A stretch of 64,000 bases of DNA, taken from NCBI GenBank assembly GCA_012026655.1, contig JAAILG010000662.1:1-64000 (forward strand), in the 5' to 3' direction. This document shows, in pieces, positions 45,729 to 59,862 of this stretch; position 1 is the first letter of the stretch, and every line of letters starts with the position of its first letter. A program made the position numbers and the translations under genes. The notes beneath the pieces are model-generated. The model was given only the letters and a program-made list of their open reading frames with translations. It searched no databases and was not told the DNA's origin. The stretch comes from Hydrolagus affinis. Taxonomy: Eukaryota.

Positions 45729-47460
45729 ATGAACAACCCCCTATCACTTTCTGTTCCTTTTATTTGTTCTTTTCTTAACGAACAGCTTAAAACACTGGAC
45801 TATCGTTACGATAGCACATGTTAATGATGTGTTTTGACCTATACAGAAGGAGCTCGCAGGCAAATGGAGTGAGTATATGAATAACAGAGGCACTGATATA
45901 CATACATACCTTTGCAAAACTGTGGCGAGAGACACAAACTGCCTAGATAGAATGTGACCTGAAAGGCTGCTATAATTGTTAATGTACAGATCCACTGTGA
46001 CAGATGGGGGCAAAGGGATTTTTTTGTAGCAAAAGCAGAGGAGGATTTGGCCACGAGCTGCAGTTCTGTTTGTTGGAAGAATGGGGAAAAGGGGGTGAGG
46101 AGAAAAAAAGAAAATTCCAATACACTGCTCTCTCAACCAACCGCCATCCTAGTTATTTGCTTTTTTTTTATAAAAAAATTTCTCAGCAGAGTGGGAGATA
46201 TTTCTCCTGAGCGCTGAATTGTATGAGATTGTATGAGGCTGTGTATGTGAGCAGAAAATAGCCTGTGTCAATCAGGCATACGGGAGCTCAGCTAAGACCA
46301 CACAACTCTCGTCTGGATCTGAAGTTGGGAGATTAAGAAAAAGCAAACGGGATCAATTCATATGCACACATACACACGAAAAACTTTTTTTTAAAAAAGA
46401 ATGATAAGTCAATAAATATTAGGCGCTATAAAGTACTACAGAATCACTAAAAGTTTTATCCCCATGTATAAACTGATTCTTGTCCTAGGACTGCAATATC
46501 TTTTTACACCAACAGAACTATTTCAAATATCCTAGCTAACATTTTAACGCCCGCCGAATTAGCACTGTACAATAATTTTAATTTTTTTTAACTATAAAAA
46601 CCCGAAAATAAAATAGTTGTTCCTGTCACATTTTCAGTATAAACCATTTTACTCATTCAATGTGCGCCTAGAGTCTAGCACGAAAACAAAACTGCGGGGT
46701 CCTCTTAATGTCAGGACAAACGAAGAAGGACAAAAAAAACCTTAAAAAAAACATATCAGTATATTGCGCTTTCTTACAAAGAACATACCCAACCATTCAA
46801 ACTTCTAGAAAAGGTGTGTACGTATTTGAGATATTTTGATGTGGTGATATGATTGTAATTTAACCGCAGTTATAGCGATTCCTAAAGACAATAAATTTTA
46901 GTAAAGTGTAAAAAAACATAATGAATAAAAAAAAACCGGGTCAGATAGGTTGGTACAGAGATAAATAATTCTGAGACACTAACTAAATTTGTGTCTGTTC
47001 GTTTAGTAACATGAAGTTGAACGTGGAGTACTTTGTTAGAACCTTTTATCATAGGTTTAATGGAGAGCGGTTATCATGCACATCGTATACCACTATGTAT
47101 ATATGTTGCATATATTTGTCCTTTGAACGGAAAGAAAAAAAATAATCGGAATGATTTTTTTTCATTGTATACATTTTTTTCATAATGCTGCCCAGGGAAT
47201 TTTAATATCATTTTCACGTGGCCTGCCTCGATGTATTTATTTCTTTAAAAGAAGTTCTGGAAACTGTTTCTTCTGTAGCTTTAATTGATTAGATGTTATA
47301 TGTGGGATGTAAATTTTTTCGTTATGCTTTTTTTCCCTTCTCTTGAAAAGTTTGTTTTTGGTACATTTCAATGTGTCTTGTGAAGATAAAAGAAACAACG
47401 CAGAGTCCCTTATATATTTATGTTAAAGTAATATTTTATTACTTACATAAAACAAGCAAT
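45729..47460 (+). other. Probable POU3F2 3' UTR with alternative poly(A) signals
   Basis: AU-rich and free of recognisable repeats. AATAAA at 46411, about 46607, 46890 and 46924. The 3' limit is a guess. Confidence 0.5.
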
Positions 47461-47916
47461 CGCACAACCTCGAAGTCTAATGTTTTGGTTTTGTGGGATG
47501 TGATATTACTGAGCGGGGGGCGAGTGCGGGCAGTTTAACTTCCAAATCGGCCTTTTTTAAAAAAAAACAATAACGATGTGAAGATATTCTTTACTTCCTT
47601 TAAGCTTCTGAAGGAACATGAGCTACGTATTGCAAGACATCTATATACACCTTTCTACATAAATGTCTTACAATATATGTTGATTTCATAAGGCATGCGT
47701 GTAAAATTTATACATATTTATATGCATATGTAGATTATTTAACCTCAAATCAAGATTTAGCCATTAAGACTAATGTGTAGCGTGGTACACTTGCTTACTT
47801 GCTAAATCAGCATTTTAAAAAAATTTAAATATAGAAACGTTAATCCAGTGTGTGTATATGTACATATACTTCGCGTTATGACTACTGTACTATAGTACTA
47901 TATATAATACTCCCAT

Positions 47917-48016
47917 NNNNNNNNNNNNNNNNNNNNNNNNNNNNNNNNNNNNNNNNNNNNNNNNNNNNNNNNNNNNNNNNNNNNNNNNNNNNNNNNNNNN
48001 NNNNNNNNNNNNNNNN
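47917..48016. other. Assembly gap (100 N)
   Basis: Run of N followed by poly-C. Confidence 1.
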
Positions 48017-51000
48017 CCCCCCCCCCCCCCTCCCCTCACCCCCTCCACACACACACACGTGTTATCTCACAGTCCTTGCCAAACCGAACACTCCCCCAAC
48101 GGGAAGACCTTTAATAGGAATATATTTGAGTTTCACTTTTTTTTGGATTGGTTGTAAAATTTGTTTGTTTTTTAAAAATTAAAAACGGATTTCCTCATGC
48201 GGATCAAAACTAGCGGTCGGCAGGTAGTCACCAGCTCGCTCACCTCTGCTCTGAGTCAATATTACACGCGTACAGAACATATTCAGCTAAATTATCTTAT
48301 CAATACAAAGAGAAATTTGACAGAAAGAAGAAGTGTTTTCTGACCACAAACGTGCTGATCGGGTGCAATGTCTGAGTGGGGTATGGATCCCGCGCATTGT
48401 TCGATATCTGCAAGTGGTGATCTGTAAGGAATGCGAGTGCCCTCTACTGCTCAGTGCCTCATATAGATAAACAGATAGACAGACACAGATAGATAGAGAG
48501 ATAGATAGACAGAGAGATAGATAGGGCCACGGTGAACACAGGCTTTCTCTCCCACCCACCCCCCCACAATCCAATTCAATATTATCTTCAACGCCTGCTA
48601 AATGTGCTAATGCAACAGAATTCTGTTTATTTCAATTTCTGCTAACTATATTTATCTAGTATTACCCTGTAAGGCATCATAGCTATAAACGGTTATGCTT
48701 GTCGTGCAATTTTGTAAAGAAATAAACGAAGAAATATTAGCTAAATTGGACGAAAACTAAAAAAGAGAGACAGCCATATACTTTTTTTTGAAAACCCATT
48801 TTGCAGTATTGGATTTCCCGCTGGATTCGTACGCTTTAAGGGCTGATAACTATCTTTTGTAGTGAATATATCCTCGTGTGCCTCTGACTAATATGGCACT
48901 GCTTTACTTAAAATAGATCAGATTCCACTGTGTTGTGTTATTATATCATATATTTTTGTATAACAGGCATCCATTGTCATTCATTTATTTAAGTCTGTAC
49001 ACAACATGCAAGGTGATGAAAAAGTAATGACACTAAATTGGAGAACAGAATTTCTGTAAATGCCATTTACCTTACTCAGTCTTTGCAAAAAGAGACCTGG
49101 TTAGAACGATTTAAATTCACAAACTTGTAAAAGAAAATGTTTTATACTGAAATTTTTTAGATTATTTTCAATTCATTTTTAAAAAAAAATATGTATTGTT
49201 GCTCAAATATTGTACAGTTCAGCAGAAAACGATGAACACAATCTCCTCCGCAGAATTTCCTTGAATTGTTAAATGTAGCTGTTGGGTGTTAGATTTAGAT
49301 TTTACATTGATGGCACCACAACAAGTGAGATGAAGCCTGGGGTGGTGGGGGGGTGGGGGGGTGAAAACAGAGAAGAAAAGCTGTTTAAAACAGATTAGCT
49401 TTCAGATCTCAAAGAAGATAGTCTGGGTGTATTTGAGGACGGAAAGGAATTATTAAATTATTTTACGGATTTTTATCAATTTGATTTTATCGAAGTTTTT
49501 TTTAAAAAAAATCCCGCAACATATGTATATATGTATATATAGTTTAGCATGCCTAGTCACAGCGAGAGCGAGAGCCCCAAACAAACTAAGACAAAAGCAA
49601 TTTATAAGATGAACTTAAGTTTAATTCCGTCTGTTTATCTGAGACTGACAGCGGAGTTTCCCCCGAAAAGAGGGAAAATTACTTTTAACCTCAAGGAGAA
49701 ACATATAACGAGATTGTGTTTTTTTTGAGCAAGTTCGAGTTGAATAGTCAGTTGACAAGTATATATTTTTATATTTATGTTTTTCTGTTGTTTTGTATCC
49801 AGTCAAATTAATGATTATTGTGAACGTAAAGCAGCTTCAAAAAGCTGGTTTAGGGTGACAATGAGTGATTGTATTAAAACCACAAACCTGTTTTACCCTT
49901 CAAATAGAAAGTTTGTGTAATTGATGTGTTTGTCGGTGGAAATTGAATTTCGACGCCGAACAATCCCTACCGGGTGAGGCTGAGATGGGCGCGAATGAAA
50001 ACCTGAAGTAGTTTTGCAAAGGTTTTCCAGGCCATTCCTTGCCGGAAATAAAAAATCCCATCGGTTAATACATTATACATCATTCGCATATCATTTGCAG
50101 ACCGAGGCAATCAGTTAATGCAAAAAAAAATCGTGATAAATTAACATATGTAAATACCGTCATATTCTGAGCGAGTAAATACAGTCGACATTTCGTGCGG
50201 GGTAACATCTCTTGGCTGACTTTTCGCCACCTCCTGCGAATTAGAATAAATCTACGAGGTACGCGTGCAATTTGGGAAAAGAGTGACACGCGTTAATATG
50301 GCCAATATTTGAAATTCTGCGTAATATCATAATTAAAAACAAACCGAAGCGTGAAACAATACATTGTGGCTGAGCGTTTGGCAAGTGGTGTGTGTGCCTG
50401 GAGTGTATCTGCTGTGAAGGACATTACTGTTAACTGTGCCTTACTTGTTGGACGCGTTTCAGTCTATAAATTATCATCTCGCTGCTCTCATACAATCCTC
50501 CCTCCCCGGCTATAAAACACTCAGACAGTGTCATTAACACCACAGAACAGAATAGTTCTGAGGGGGAGTGGGGGGGTTGGGTTGTGGGGGGGGGGGAGAG
50601 AGGGAAATCACATCGCCAATAGCGGTCAATGGACGAAATCAGTCCAATTTAAACTTTTTATGACTGTTTTGTTTCTCTTGTCCCCATTGAAAACGTTGGT
50701 TTTTTTTTTAACGTGATAGTGATATGATTATTTTATTTGAAGCAGGTTAAATTACCGCTGGCAGGAGCATGATAAACACACGCGAGTTTGTTTGCTGCCT
50801 GTTATTCTGTGAGGGAGTCACTGGCCAGTCCACATAAAAGTGCAGACAATACAGAATCATACAACTGTGCAAACCTATATAAAGATTGGCACAGGCGTGT
50901 GCCACATCAGCGCCGACACTGATAGCTAAACACCAGGCGTGTGGGTCACACAAATCATAAACGCTCCCGAAAATCAGCATCCGGATAAAAGTTACATCAG

Positions 51001-54000
51001 CATGAATTGGGAGGTGGACCTGACACTGGCGCTCACAGCTACAAACACACATTGGTGCAGACGGATAGTTCTGTGAAACTTCTCCACACACACACACACA
51101 ACACGGGGTTGGTTGTTATCGCCCACAAACTCTGCTCTCCCGAACATGAACAACACAAGTCACCGAAACCCGGCCACCGGGCGAGAGAGGTTTGAGTGAA
51201 ATTCACTCTGCAACAAACACAACTACACAAGAGTTCAGCAGATATTCCCGGTGTACAATTAAGCAACCGTATTAACTCGCCAGACATTAAGAATAATAAG
51301 ACTTAAACGTGCACACGTGAAAGAGATCTGGGGCGACCGAAAATACACAAAGCTACAATGGACACATTCAAAATATAGGTATTTATAGGTCTGTACAAGT
51401 GGATTGACCAAAACAGTTGTATTGATTGAAACGCATATAAACAGATGAGGCTACACAACCACGATTGGCTTTGGCTGGGAAAAGTTACTGTCTAGAAAAT
51501 GGACATGGATGGACCTAGTGAGAGTGTGTCCAAATGCTAATGAAATGTGTTGTTGTTTTAAAGCGCATATTGGCCCTACTTTTGCATCACTGATATCTTA
51601 CACTTTTGCACATGTACAGATTCAAAGATCAGACATCCACACAGAGAGGCAGGGGACATTAGAGAGGTGAGGGTGGCTTTCAGTTTACAATAGAGATGTC
51701 TGGTGTCACTCAATGACTGCGGCGCTGAGAAAGTAATCCGAGGGCAGGAGCAGAGACTTTGTCAGGACTTCGCTCGGTCCTTTGCTCCGTCTTGTCTTTG
51801 AAAGACAATAACCTTTTTTTTGTTAAATGAACGAGCGGACATTCACGCCTGTTTCTCTGGCGGTAGGACAACACATTATCTCTCTGGGTTCGTGTTTGGG
51901 TGTGGGTAGCCTATTTGGTTCAATGGTTTAGGTGTAGATTTGGATTGTGTGAATTGGGAGACTCCACGAGTTCACCGATAAAAGGTATAAAGGCGGCCAA
52001 CAAGTAAGACATGTCCCTCAAAGGGTAGAAAGGTGGGGGGTGGGGGGGACACGTGTGTAACTTTGAATATTCTCCCGGTCAAATGATTACATTCAACCCT
52101 TTTTTTTGTCTCGAACCTTGCACAGCGATGGTTTAAAACCAGCCTGTCTGGGGACTTCTAACTTGCACAGCAATCAATAACTCTTGGTGGACATTTGTGT
52201 GTGTGTGTGTATGTGTGTGTTGGTGGTGGGGGGGACTCGCGGGAATGAACCACAAACGCAAAATATACCTAGAAAAATGATCTATTGAAACGTGCCTCGC
52301 GGAGCCGCGGCAAGTTCTGAGACTGTAGGAAATAACGTTTTCAAAGTAGGCGTCATGCAAACAGAAACCGGGAAGGGCGGGGAGGCTTTCAGCATTCAAA
52401 GCGTTAACTCAACAGTGTTACAATTAGGCGACTTATTCCTTTAACACAGCACATCAGCTAATTCGTGTGCGTGTGTCTGTCGGAACATGACACTGAAACG
52501 CATCGCTGTAAATAACACACCTTTTTACCAGTAAGAGGTGGTGGGGGTGGGGGGGGAAGAGGGATTGTTTTTTGTTTCTGTATATTAAAAGTTACCCAAA
52601 GTGCCCTGTAACTGGCAGCTCGGGCCGGGAAGCGCCGGTGTAAATGTCTGGCCAAGTCATTGACATCTGAAAAAAAAATGCTCTTTTTTTTTGGGTGGGG
52701 GGGGGGGTGGGGGAAGTGATATTTGTGTGTTGCAGACACACAGAGAGAGAGGGATAGAGAGAGAGAGAGAGAAAGCTCAGTACCGATGCACATCTGACGA
52801 AGCCACATTAGACATGCATGTGTTGCTCTACAGAAAAATAAAGCAGCGGGTTCAGTATCACCAGCCCCGCATCTCTCGCCCCATTAATATTTCCGCACCA
52901 CAACACAACGCAAAAGGCGCCCATTTTCTAACTAATTAGAGCCAAGCCCACAGTTCCTACAGCAGCGGGCTGGGCATTCCGCGCCCGCCTTTGTCATTAC
53001 AAACCGCTCATTTGCCTCGTTTCTTATGCACCAAAGTTCGCAATATTTACAGCGGGTGGGGGTGATTTGGGATCACCCTCCCCCCCCCCCCCTGCCCCAC
53101 CACCCCCATCTCACCCCCACACACACACACTTGAACCACATCAAAGCTCCTGGTAGCAAATCACACATAGGAGGGTTGGAGGGTTTCTTTTATCAAATAA
53201 AATAAAACAATAATAATAACACTGACTGCTGCGGCTATGAGTTGTGAAACTTGCAGGAATGCTGCGGTTTTCTTAGTTTCGCGAGGAACATTAAATACAT
53301 TCTTTGCGTGAGTTGGCATTTTTGAAGTGAGAGTTCGGGTCGCTGTAAACTTTCAGGGACTGAACAAGTGCGGTGTGTGTCGGGGAGAGGGTTTTTTTTA
53401 AAAAAAAATGATTTTAAAAAAAGAAACATCAGAAGCAGCAATGGTGAAAACAACCAGACACTGGTTGATTTTGTGAATTACTTTTTTTTCCCCCATAAAG
53501 GCGTTAAAAAGCCTAGATCCTACGACACCGCGATGTGAGAGATATGGGAGTTACACTCGGTTTTTTTTGGTGGGGGGGGGGGTGGGAGCGAAAAGTGATC
53601 TCCCTCGCTCTTAAAACCCACGGGGTTTAACAATGTGGCGAATCCTTTTCTGAAATAAAACAGATCCACGTGAACTGAAAGGTCAGTTTTAATATGAAAA
53701 TCATACCTTTCCTGACGCACACTAGATTTCACAGGATGTATTTGGCTTCCTCTCTTTTTTTTCCTGGCTATAAAACTAGGATGGGGATGGATCAGAAAGC
53801 TAATCTATTATTAATCCAGTTACAAATCCCTTTGATTTTTTGGCGCAACTGAGTTAATAATCTCCTCTCATACAACCAGAGCGCCAAGAGTTAACAGGAG
53901 CGAAATGAACATTTGCACACGGAAAAAACAAGTATCTCACTATCACTTTCCCACTGCTTTTGTTGTAAATAACATCCCCAGGTGCACTGGGGATCAGCGT

Positions 54001-54208
54001 AGATTCGGGAGGAAATATATTGCTGAATAATCCTGATCGGTGATTAAGGAGAGAGAAAAAAATGAAGTAAGGAATGCATTTTCACCCCGAGACAACTTTT
54101 AGGAGAGCAATTCCGAACAGGTCTGGATTATAGAGGCGACGTTTGTGTATTTTCGTACCATCGGGAATAATCGTTTGCATGATTTTGTCCGAGTAAAATA
54201 ACAGAGTC

Positions 54209-54308
54209 NNNNNNNNNNNNNNNNNNNNNNNNNNNNNNNNNNNNNNNNNNNNNNNNNNNNNNNNNNNNNNNNNNNNNNNNNNNNNNNNNNNNNNNNNNNN
54301 NNNNNNNN
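54209..54308. other. Assembly gap (100 N)
   Basis: Run of N followed by a C run. Confidence 1.
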
Positions 54309-57300
54309 CCCCCCTTTCTCTGGGAAAGAAAGAAAGCTTTGCATTTGATCTGAGCAGTTTTCCAAGTCAACACAATTCGACCATTCTCCATATTAAAGGC
54401 AGCGAAGAAGACAGTAAACTGCATTATCTTCTTTTCTAAGCAAAATAAATCCGCTTGTGACAAACGGGACAGCCTTTTACATCAGTAGAAACAATTGTGA
54501 AAGCCCATATAATCGGAGCTGCTGTCAGATACTTTATTGGGTAAAAAAAACTAAATAACCGGCAACTTTCTGAAAGTACTCAGGCAAGTTTATGCGAACG
54601 TGATGTAGATGACATTTTTGTGTCAGTTGCTAAATGCATGCAGTTTATCTATGGCTTCAAAAATAGAGACTCTTTTTCCAGTGAAAACTCGATTCGAATA
54701 TTTTTCCAACAACAACAATACGTTCAAAAGCATATGCCAACTTCTTAACACACATAGGAGCTGAAATATTGTAAGAGTTCGTTTGCATATGTGTGTGTGA
54801 GAGAGAGAGAGAGAGCTCTGGCAGTCTTCGGCTACTGGTTGTCTGAATGTGGTGCAATGGCGCCCCCTATCAGTCAGATTAGCCAATTACGGTTTATAAC
54901 ACTTTTTTTCTAACCAAAATACTGCCTTTTCTTAAGATGCACCGGGTTTTGTTTTCTCGCTGAAACGCCCGACTTTGAAATGGTTAGAACGAGAGACGCG
55001 AAGTGAAAGTGAGACATTTCCGCCAAGGCCGGTCGGTCACACACCGAGCGGTGGTGGATCTGCTGAATTATCAGTCACGGATTGGACATCCAGAGCTTTG
55101 CCCGGCTTTACACTTGCCGGACAACAGGGGACTGGAAACCAACCCGAATCCCACTCCTCTCTCCATTGGGATCACAAGTTAAAGGTGCTAGAAAGCGACA
55201 CTAAAGGCGAGATTTTTTAATGACAATAGCATATCATTCCCATTGCTCGTTTACAGTCGTTCCCAGTGATCTATAATAAGTGTGTATAATGCAGATCGCG
55301 CTGATTCCACAACTGCTTTGTGGAATTAGTTAAATTTGCAGCGCAAAAAAGGTTACCCCCCCCCCCCCAACACATAACGTGTATATTAAACACACCATCC
55401 CGAAACTCTCCCAATTATACTGAAAACTAGACACCATTGCAGAAAGCCGCCGAACTAGGAAGAAAACGCAGTCGAATTGACCAAACAAGCTTTTATTAAA
55501 GTATGTTCCAATCGTGGCCTTTTGCAAGTTTTTTTTTGTCTGTTTCGTGTGTGTTTGTGCCTCTTGTGAGCGCCGGCCTGCGAAACAGAACCGTTTCAGT
55601 CCATTTCTGAATCAGAAAGTGACATTGCACTCACAGAGCAGGGAGATGTGTCGAGCTTTCACATATTCCACACTGAGGGGAAGGACACCCGAGTGCAAAA
55701 CAAACACACTTCCCCAGCAATGTCAGGTATAAACCCATGACAGCATTGACAGCTGTAATTCTGTCCACTTGATAGATACTAACAAATAATATCTTACACC
55801 GCAACCACACGGTGCGAATGGGTAAGTCATTTATTTAGCTGGAGAAACATGTAAAAAATATATCTTTCTCATAATGGTCTCTTAGTCTAGACACTTACTG
55901 TCTGTCTGTTCCCCTCCCCCCAGCCTCTCATTAGATCACAATGCGATTGGAGGACTTTTGGGGGGGTATTAATTCATGTCCATCTCTTGCTTTGGTGAAG
56001 GTTGGTTTCCATTTACACTTTAAATATCGCAGCACATGCGAAACGAATAGCGAAGCTGCGGATAAAAGGTGCGTGTGTCAGTGCGTGAATGTTTATTTTT
56101 CTCCCACGGTTCCAGAATCAGGCAACTTCTCAAATCCTACGAAGGAGCCATTAATCTTAAGACTTTATAATTTAATGTGGAATTTTCCAAAGAAAAGGCA
56201 ACTTTCCCGTTTTGTGGATTGTTTGGTTCAAACTGTTCATGCGCTTGTAACTTGTACTGAGGCTTTGCATTCTGTAATTATTGTAATGTATGCGATATTC
56301 TTCGAAGGCCATTGTGAATTCTGATGAAGCGAAACTTTCTGTTCGCGGTCCTTACAAATGCAAAGGTTCCCCACAGCGCCCTTCCGTGAAAATTACAAAC
56401 TGCAGCTAGGAAATGCGAATGTGTCAAATTGTTAAGAGCATAAATCAGGGAACATCTGTCTGCGGGAAAGATTTTTTTTCTCAATAAAGGGGAGGGAATA
56501 AGACGCCGTGGCGAGTTATTTTAATTGCACGCATTTAAAAGATAACGCAAAACATTGTGGGAGAAAAAGTTGATCAACGTGAAGAATAAATAATCTCGCC
56601 GGTTGTACAAACGTGTGTGTGCACTTTCCTAGACTCTGTGAGTGTATTATGCAGCGCAAACAATGTAATCGACGGATGGATTGGATTTGTTTAAGTTCAG
56701 CAAATGTTCACCACACAAAAAAACAACACAATCAGGCTTTAAATTTAGTTATTATCTCGCCAGGAATAATGGCGATTTCAGATTTATAGCTATTTTTAAT
56801 GAATAAGCCAAGCTCTCAGATTTGTTAATTGTGTTAAATGAACACTGTCATTGGTAGGAAAGTAAACATTCAGATATGTCCAGGTAATATAATAATCCTA
56901 ACCTTTGTATGTGATGTGGCAGGCGCCCTATCACGTCTTCGAGTCGCCTCAAAGCGCTTTGCAGAATATACTGTAAAGTGAATTGACTGTGCAGTATATA
57001 CCGTACACCAAACTTGTAAGGTTTCACTGGCTTATTTCACGAACTTCACACGAGGAATAATTAATAGGATGCACAATGTCACTCCTTCGCCAACGGACGG
57101 ATATTTAAGGGAGAGAGGAATTGAAAAAAAACAGCTAAATGTAGTTTAGTCGCACATGTCCAGAGTGGTCACAACAAATACAACGTTGTAGCAGTTTAAG
57201 TCGCCTCTTGCTGAATCCGCAATTTGGTGGCTGCCCGGTGTTCAAACACTCTGCAGATTAAACAGCCATCATTGGTTTTAAGTTGGTTTTTGCTGACTTT

Positions 57301-58009
57301 CCCCCAAAACAATTACCTTTTTGCTAAGGTGACCCGAGAGAACGCAACAACAACAACAACAACAACAAAACCCGGATACAGAACTCGGTATCCCAGACAC
57401 AAAACAACGAAACTATTGAAGTTTCTAGTTCAATCAATTACCACCGCAAAAAAAATTAAAGCCAATTAATTAACCCGATGAAAATGAAAGGAAACCGGCA
57501 GCAAAATAGGACGCAAAAATCATACCGACTTCCGACTGTTAAAAACAAGCCAGAAACATCAAGACCGAGCAAACACAGCCGCCAAATATGCACAGCGGAG
57601 CTGAGCGTTTTGATTTAAAGCAATAAAACACACTCATGACTGGACTGTACAAATAAAACGCTATAAGGAGACAAGGAGGGGGAAGGTCAGTGTCATATAT
57701 AAAGTGGCTGCGCTGTGTGAGGTTACACCGTGTGGTTATTAAGGGCTTTCTGACTGTCCCTGGAGGCACTGCCTTGTTGATATTGAATGCTGGAGATCGC
57801 CATTCCGAGGGACATTTGTGACTCTTGGGGGCATTGATTGTAACCCAGGAAAAGAAAGTCACTGAACTCTCTGAACCGACAACCCCTTGTGTCTCAATCT
57901 CAGCCACACATCCACGGGCTGCACTCGCTTCAAACACTGAAACCCAAGGCGAGGTGTCCTCATTTAAAAAAAATAATAATAATATCCAAGTCTCTGAAAA
58001 TTTATGTTG

Positions 58010-58152
58010 GGGGCCACTGGTTTATTTCGCCCACAAAGTATACAGTCAATGCACTTTATAATATAACCTGTCAAGCGCTCTGAGGCGTCTCAACGGCGCG
58101 AGAAAGGCGCTATATCAAATGCAACGATTATTATTATAATAATTATTATTAT
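58010..58152 (+). mobile_element. SINE 3' half, CpG-rich
   Basis: TTTCGCCCACAAAGTATACAGTCAATGCACTTTA..AAAGGCGCTATATCAAATGCAA..(ATT)n. Confidence 0.75.
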
Positions 58153-58537
58153 TGATATTGCCATAGCTTGTCAGTTTGCTCTGTGCCCGTATCGAGGCTT
58201 CTCACACACAGGCTGCAGTAAAACCCATTGCTCACGAATTTCAATGTACAAAACGCCCATATTCCGATTAAATCAGCGTGGATCTCTGATTTAATCGGGT
58301 TGATCGGAACGCATGTGCACTGTGTTTGGGGGGGTTTTCGACGATGTTCCCATACGTTTTGCTGCCACACGAAACGCAAAATTAACGATCGTGCTAATAA
58401 CAGTGGATTCACAGGGCACCCGTCGTTAGCAAATGCACTTCAAGATCACAGGCTGTGGAATAAAATCAAGTGGATTTGGCAACAGTTTTGATGGTATACA
58501 ATCAAAACATGTTAGATCTGTACCGTCTGCCCGATGA

Positions 58538-58575
<38 letters not shown>

Positions 58576-58802
58576 TGCTTTCCCTTTGCTCCTCGATGGG
58601 TCCCAATAAAGCCTGAAGTGAAGCGTGTGCGGGAGGAAAGGGGTGGTGGGGGGGAGATCATTTCAAGAAGACAAGAGTTCAACCAGAGTGCGCCCAGGGA
58701 TCTCCAAAATACCGTCTGTCTGTCTCTGTGTGTCTATCTGTGTGTGTCTGTCTGTCTATGCGTGTGTGTGTGTGTATGTGTCTCTGTCTCTCTCTGTCTG
58801 TC

Positions 58803-58871
58803 TCAGCGCCTGGGGACGCCCCCCTGACGTGAAAGGCGCTACACGAGTGTAATTTCTGTTGTTGTTGTTGT
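58803..58871 (+). mobile_element. Tail-only L2 insertion following a (TG/TCTG)n tract
   Basis: AGCGCCTGGGGACGCCCCCTGACGTGAAAGGCGCT..GTAATTTC(TGT)n. Confidence 0.75.
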
Positions 58872-59762
58872 CTGTCACAGCTTCTCATAGCTCCAGTGAA
58901 CACCGGAGAACTTACCAGATTTACACTTTCACATCCATGGCGATTCCTAACGTAACGCGTGTGGCTTCTGGTTTCCTATGTGGGAACATTAGATTAGCAA
59001 CAACACTGCCAATAAACCTGTAACATTTATTCTCATATCAGCAATCGCGTAAGGATTATTATTAGCGATTGCCAATATATAAGAATAACAATTACACTCG
59101 GCGAGGTTAGTGACACAGGCGGTGGGGTATCATTCACAATCTAAAGCTGATTCCCTCAACTTTGATCAACTCGGTTTGAACCAAACCGGTTTAGTCAATG
59201 TTGCGATCGAAATAATTCTCAACCTCTAATGTTAGTGAGCAGTCAGTGGGGACTCAGGCTGGGCTGCACTGGGTAGACGGTGGGAAGGTTTGCGAAACTA
59301 ATCTGTGTCATTGCAACATTCAGAGCAGCGTCCACCCCCTGTCCTCCCCTCTGTATCCATTGCCTTTTGTCCAGTCGCAGTTGAACTGGATCCTAAGACG
59401 GTTTTCAGAGTGGTTCCCATCGCCCCCGCCATAAACAGCTGAACCACAAGGTGCAAACTTCCCCAGGACACTCAGATTTCCCCTTTCAAAGAGCCTTTAG
59501 ATATAAAAAATACATCATCGTATCTACAGTCAACAAGCCACGACTTGCACTTCAACCGGCACCTGCTACATGTTATAAACAAAAAACACAGTCGGCACGT
59601 GAAGCGTCTTAAAGCGACTTCGGGACGTGAAATGCGCCGGACGAGATCAAGTGTAAGGATGATTATTATTAACACATTAATGTCCGGGTGCAGGTTTAGT
59701 GGGCAGTACCCACACACACGGACACACACACAGCGTGTGGACTGAAGCTGACAGCCTCTACA

Positions 59763-59862
59763 NNNNNNNNNNNNNNNNNNNNNNNNNNNNNNNNNNNNNN
59801 NNNNNNNNNNNNNNNNNNNNNNNNNNNNNNNNNNNNNNNNNNNNNNNNNNNNNNNNNNNNNN
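59763..59862. other. Assembly gap (100 N)
   Basis: Run of N. Confidence 1.
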
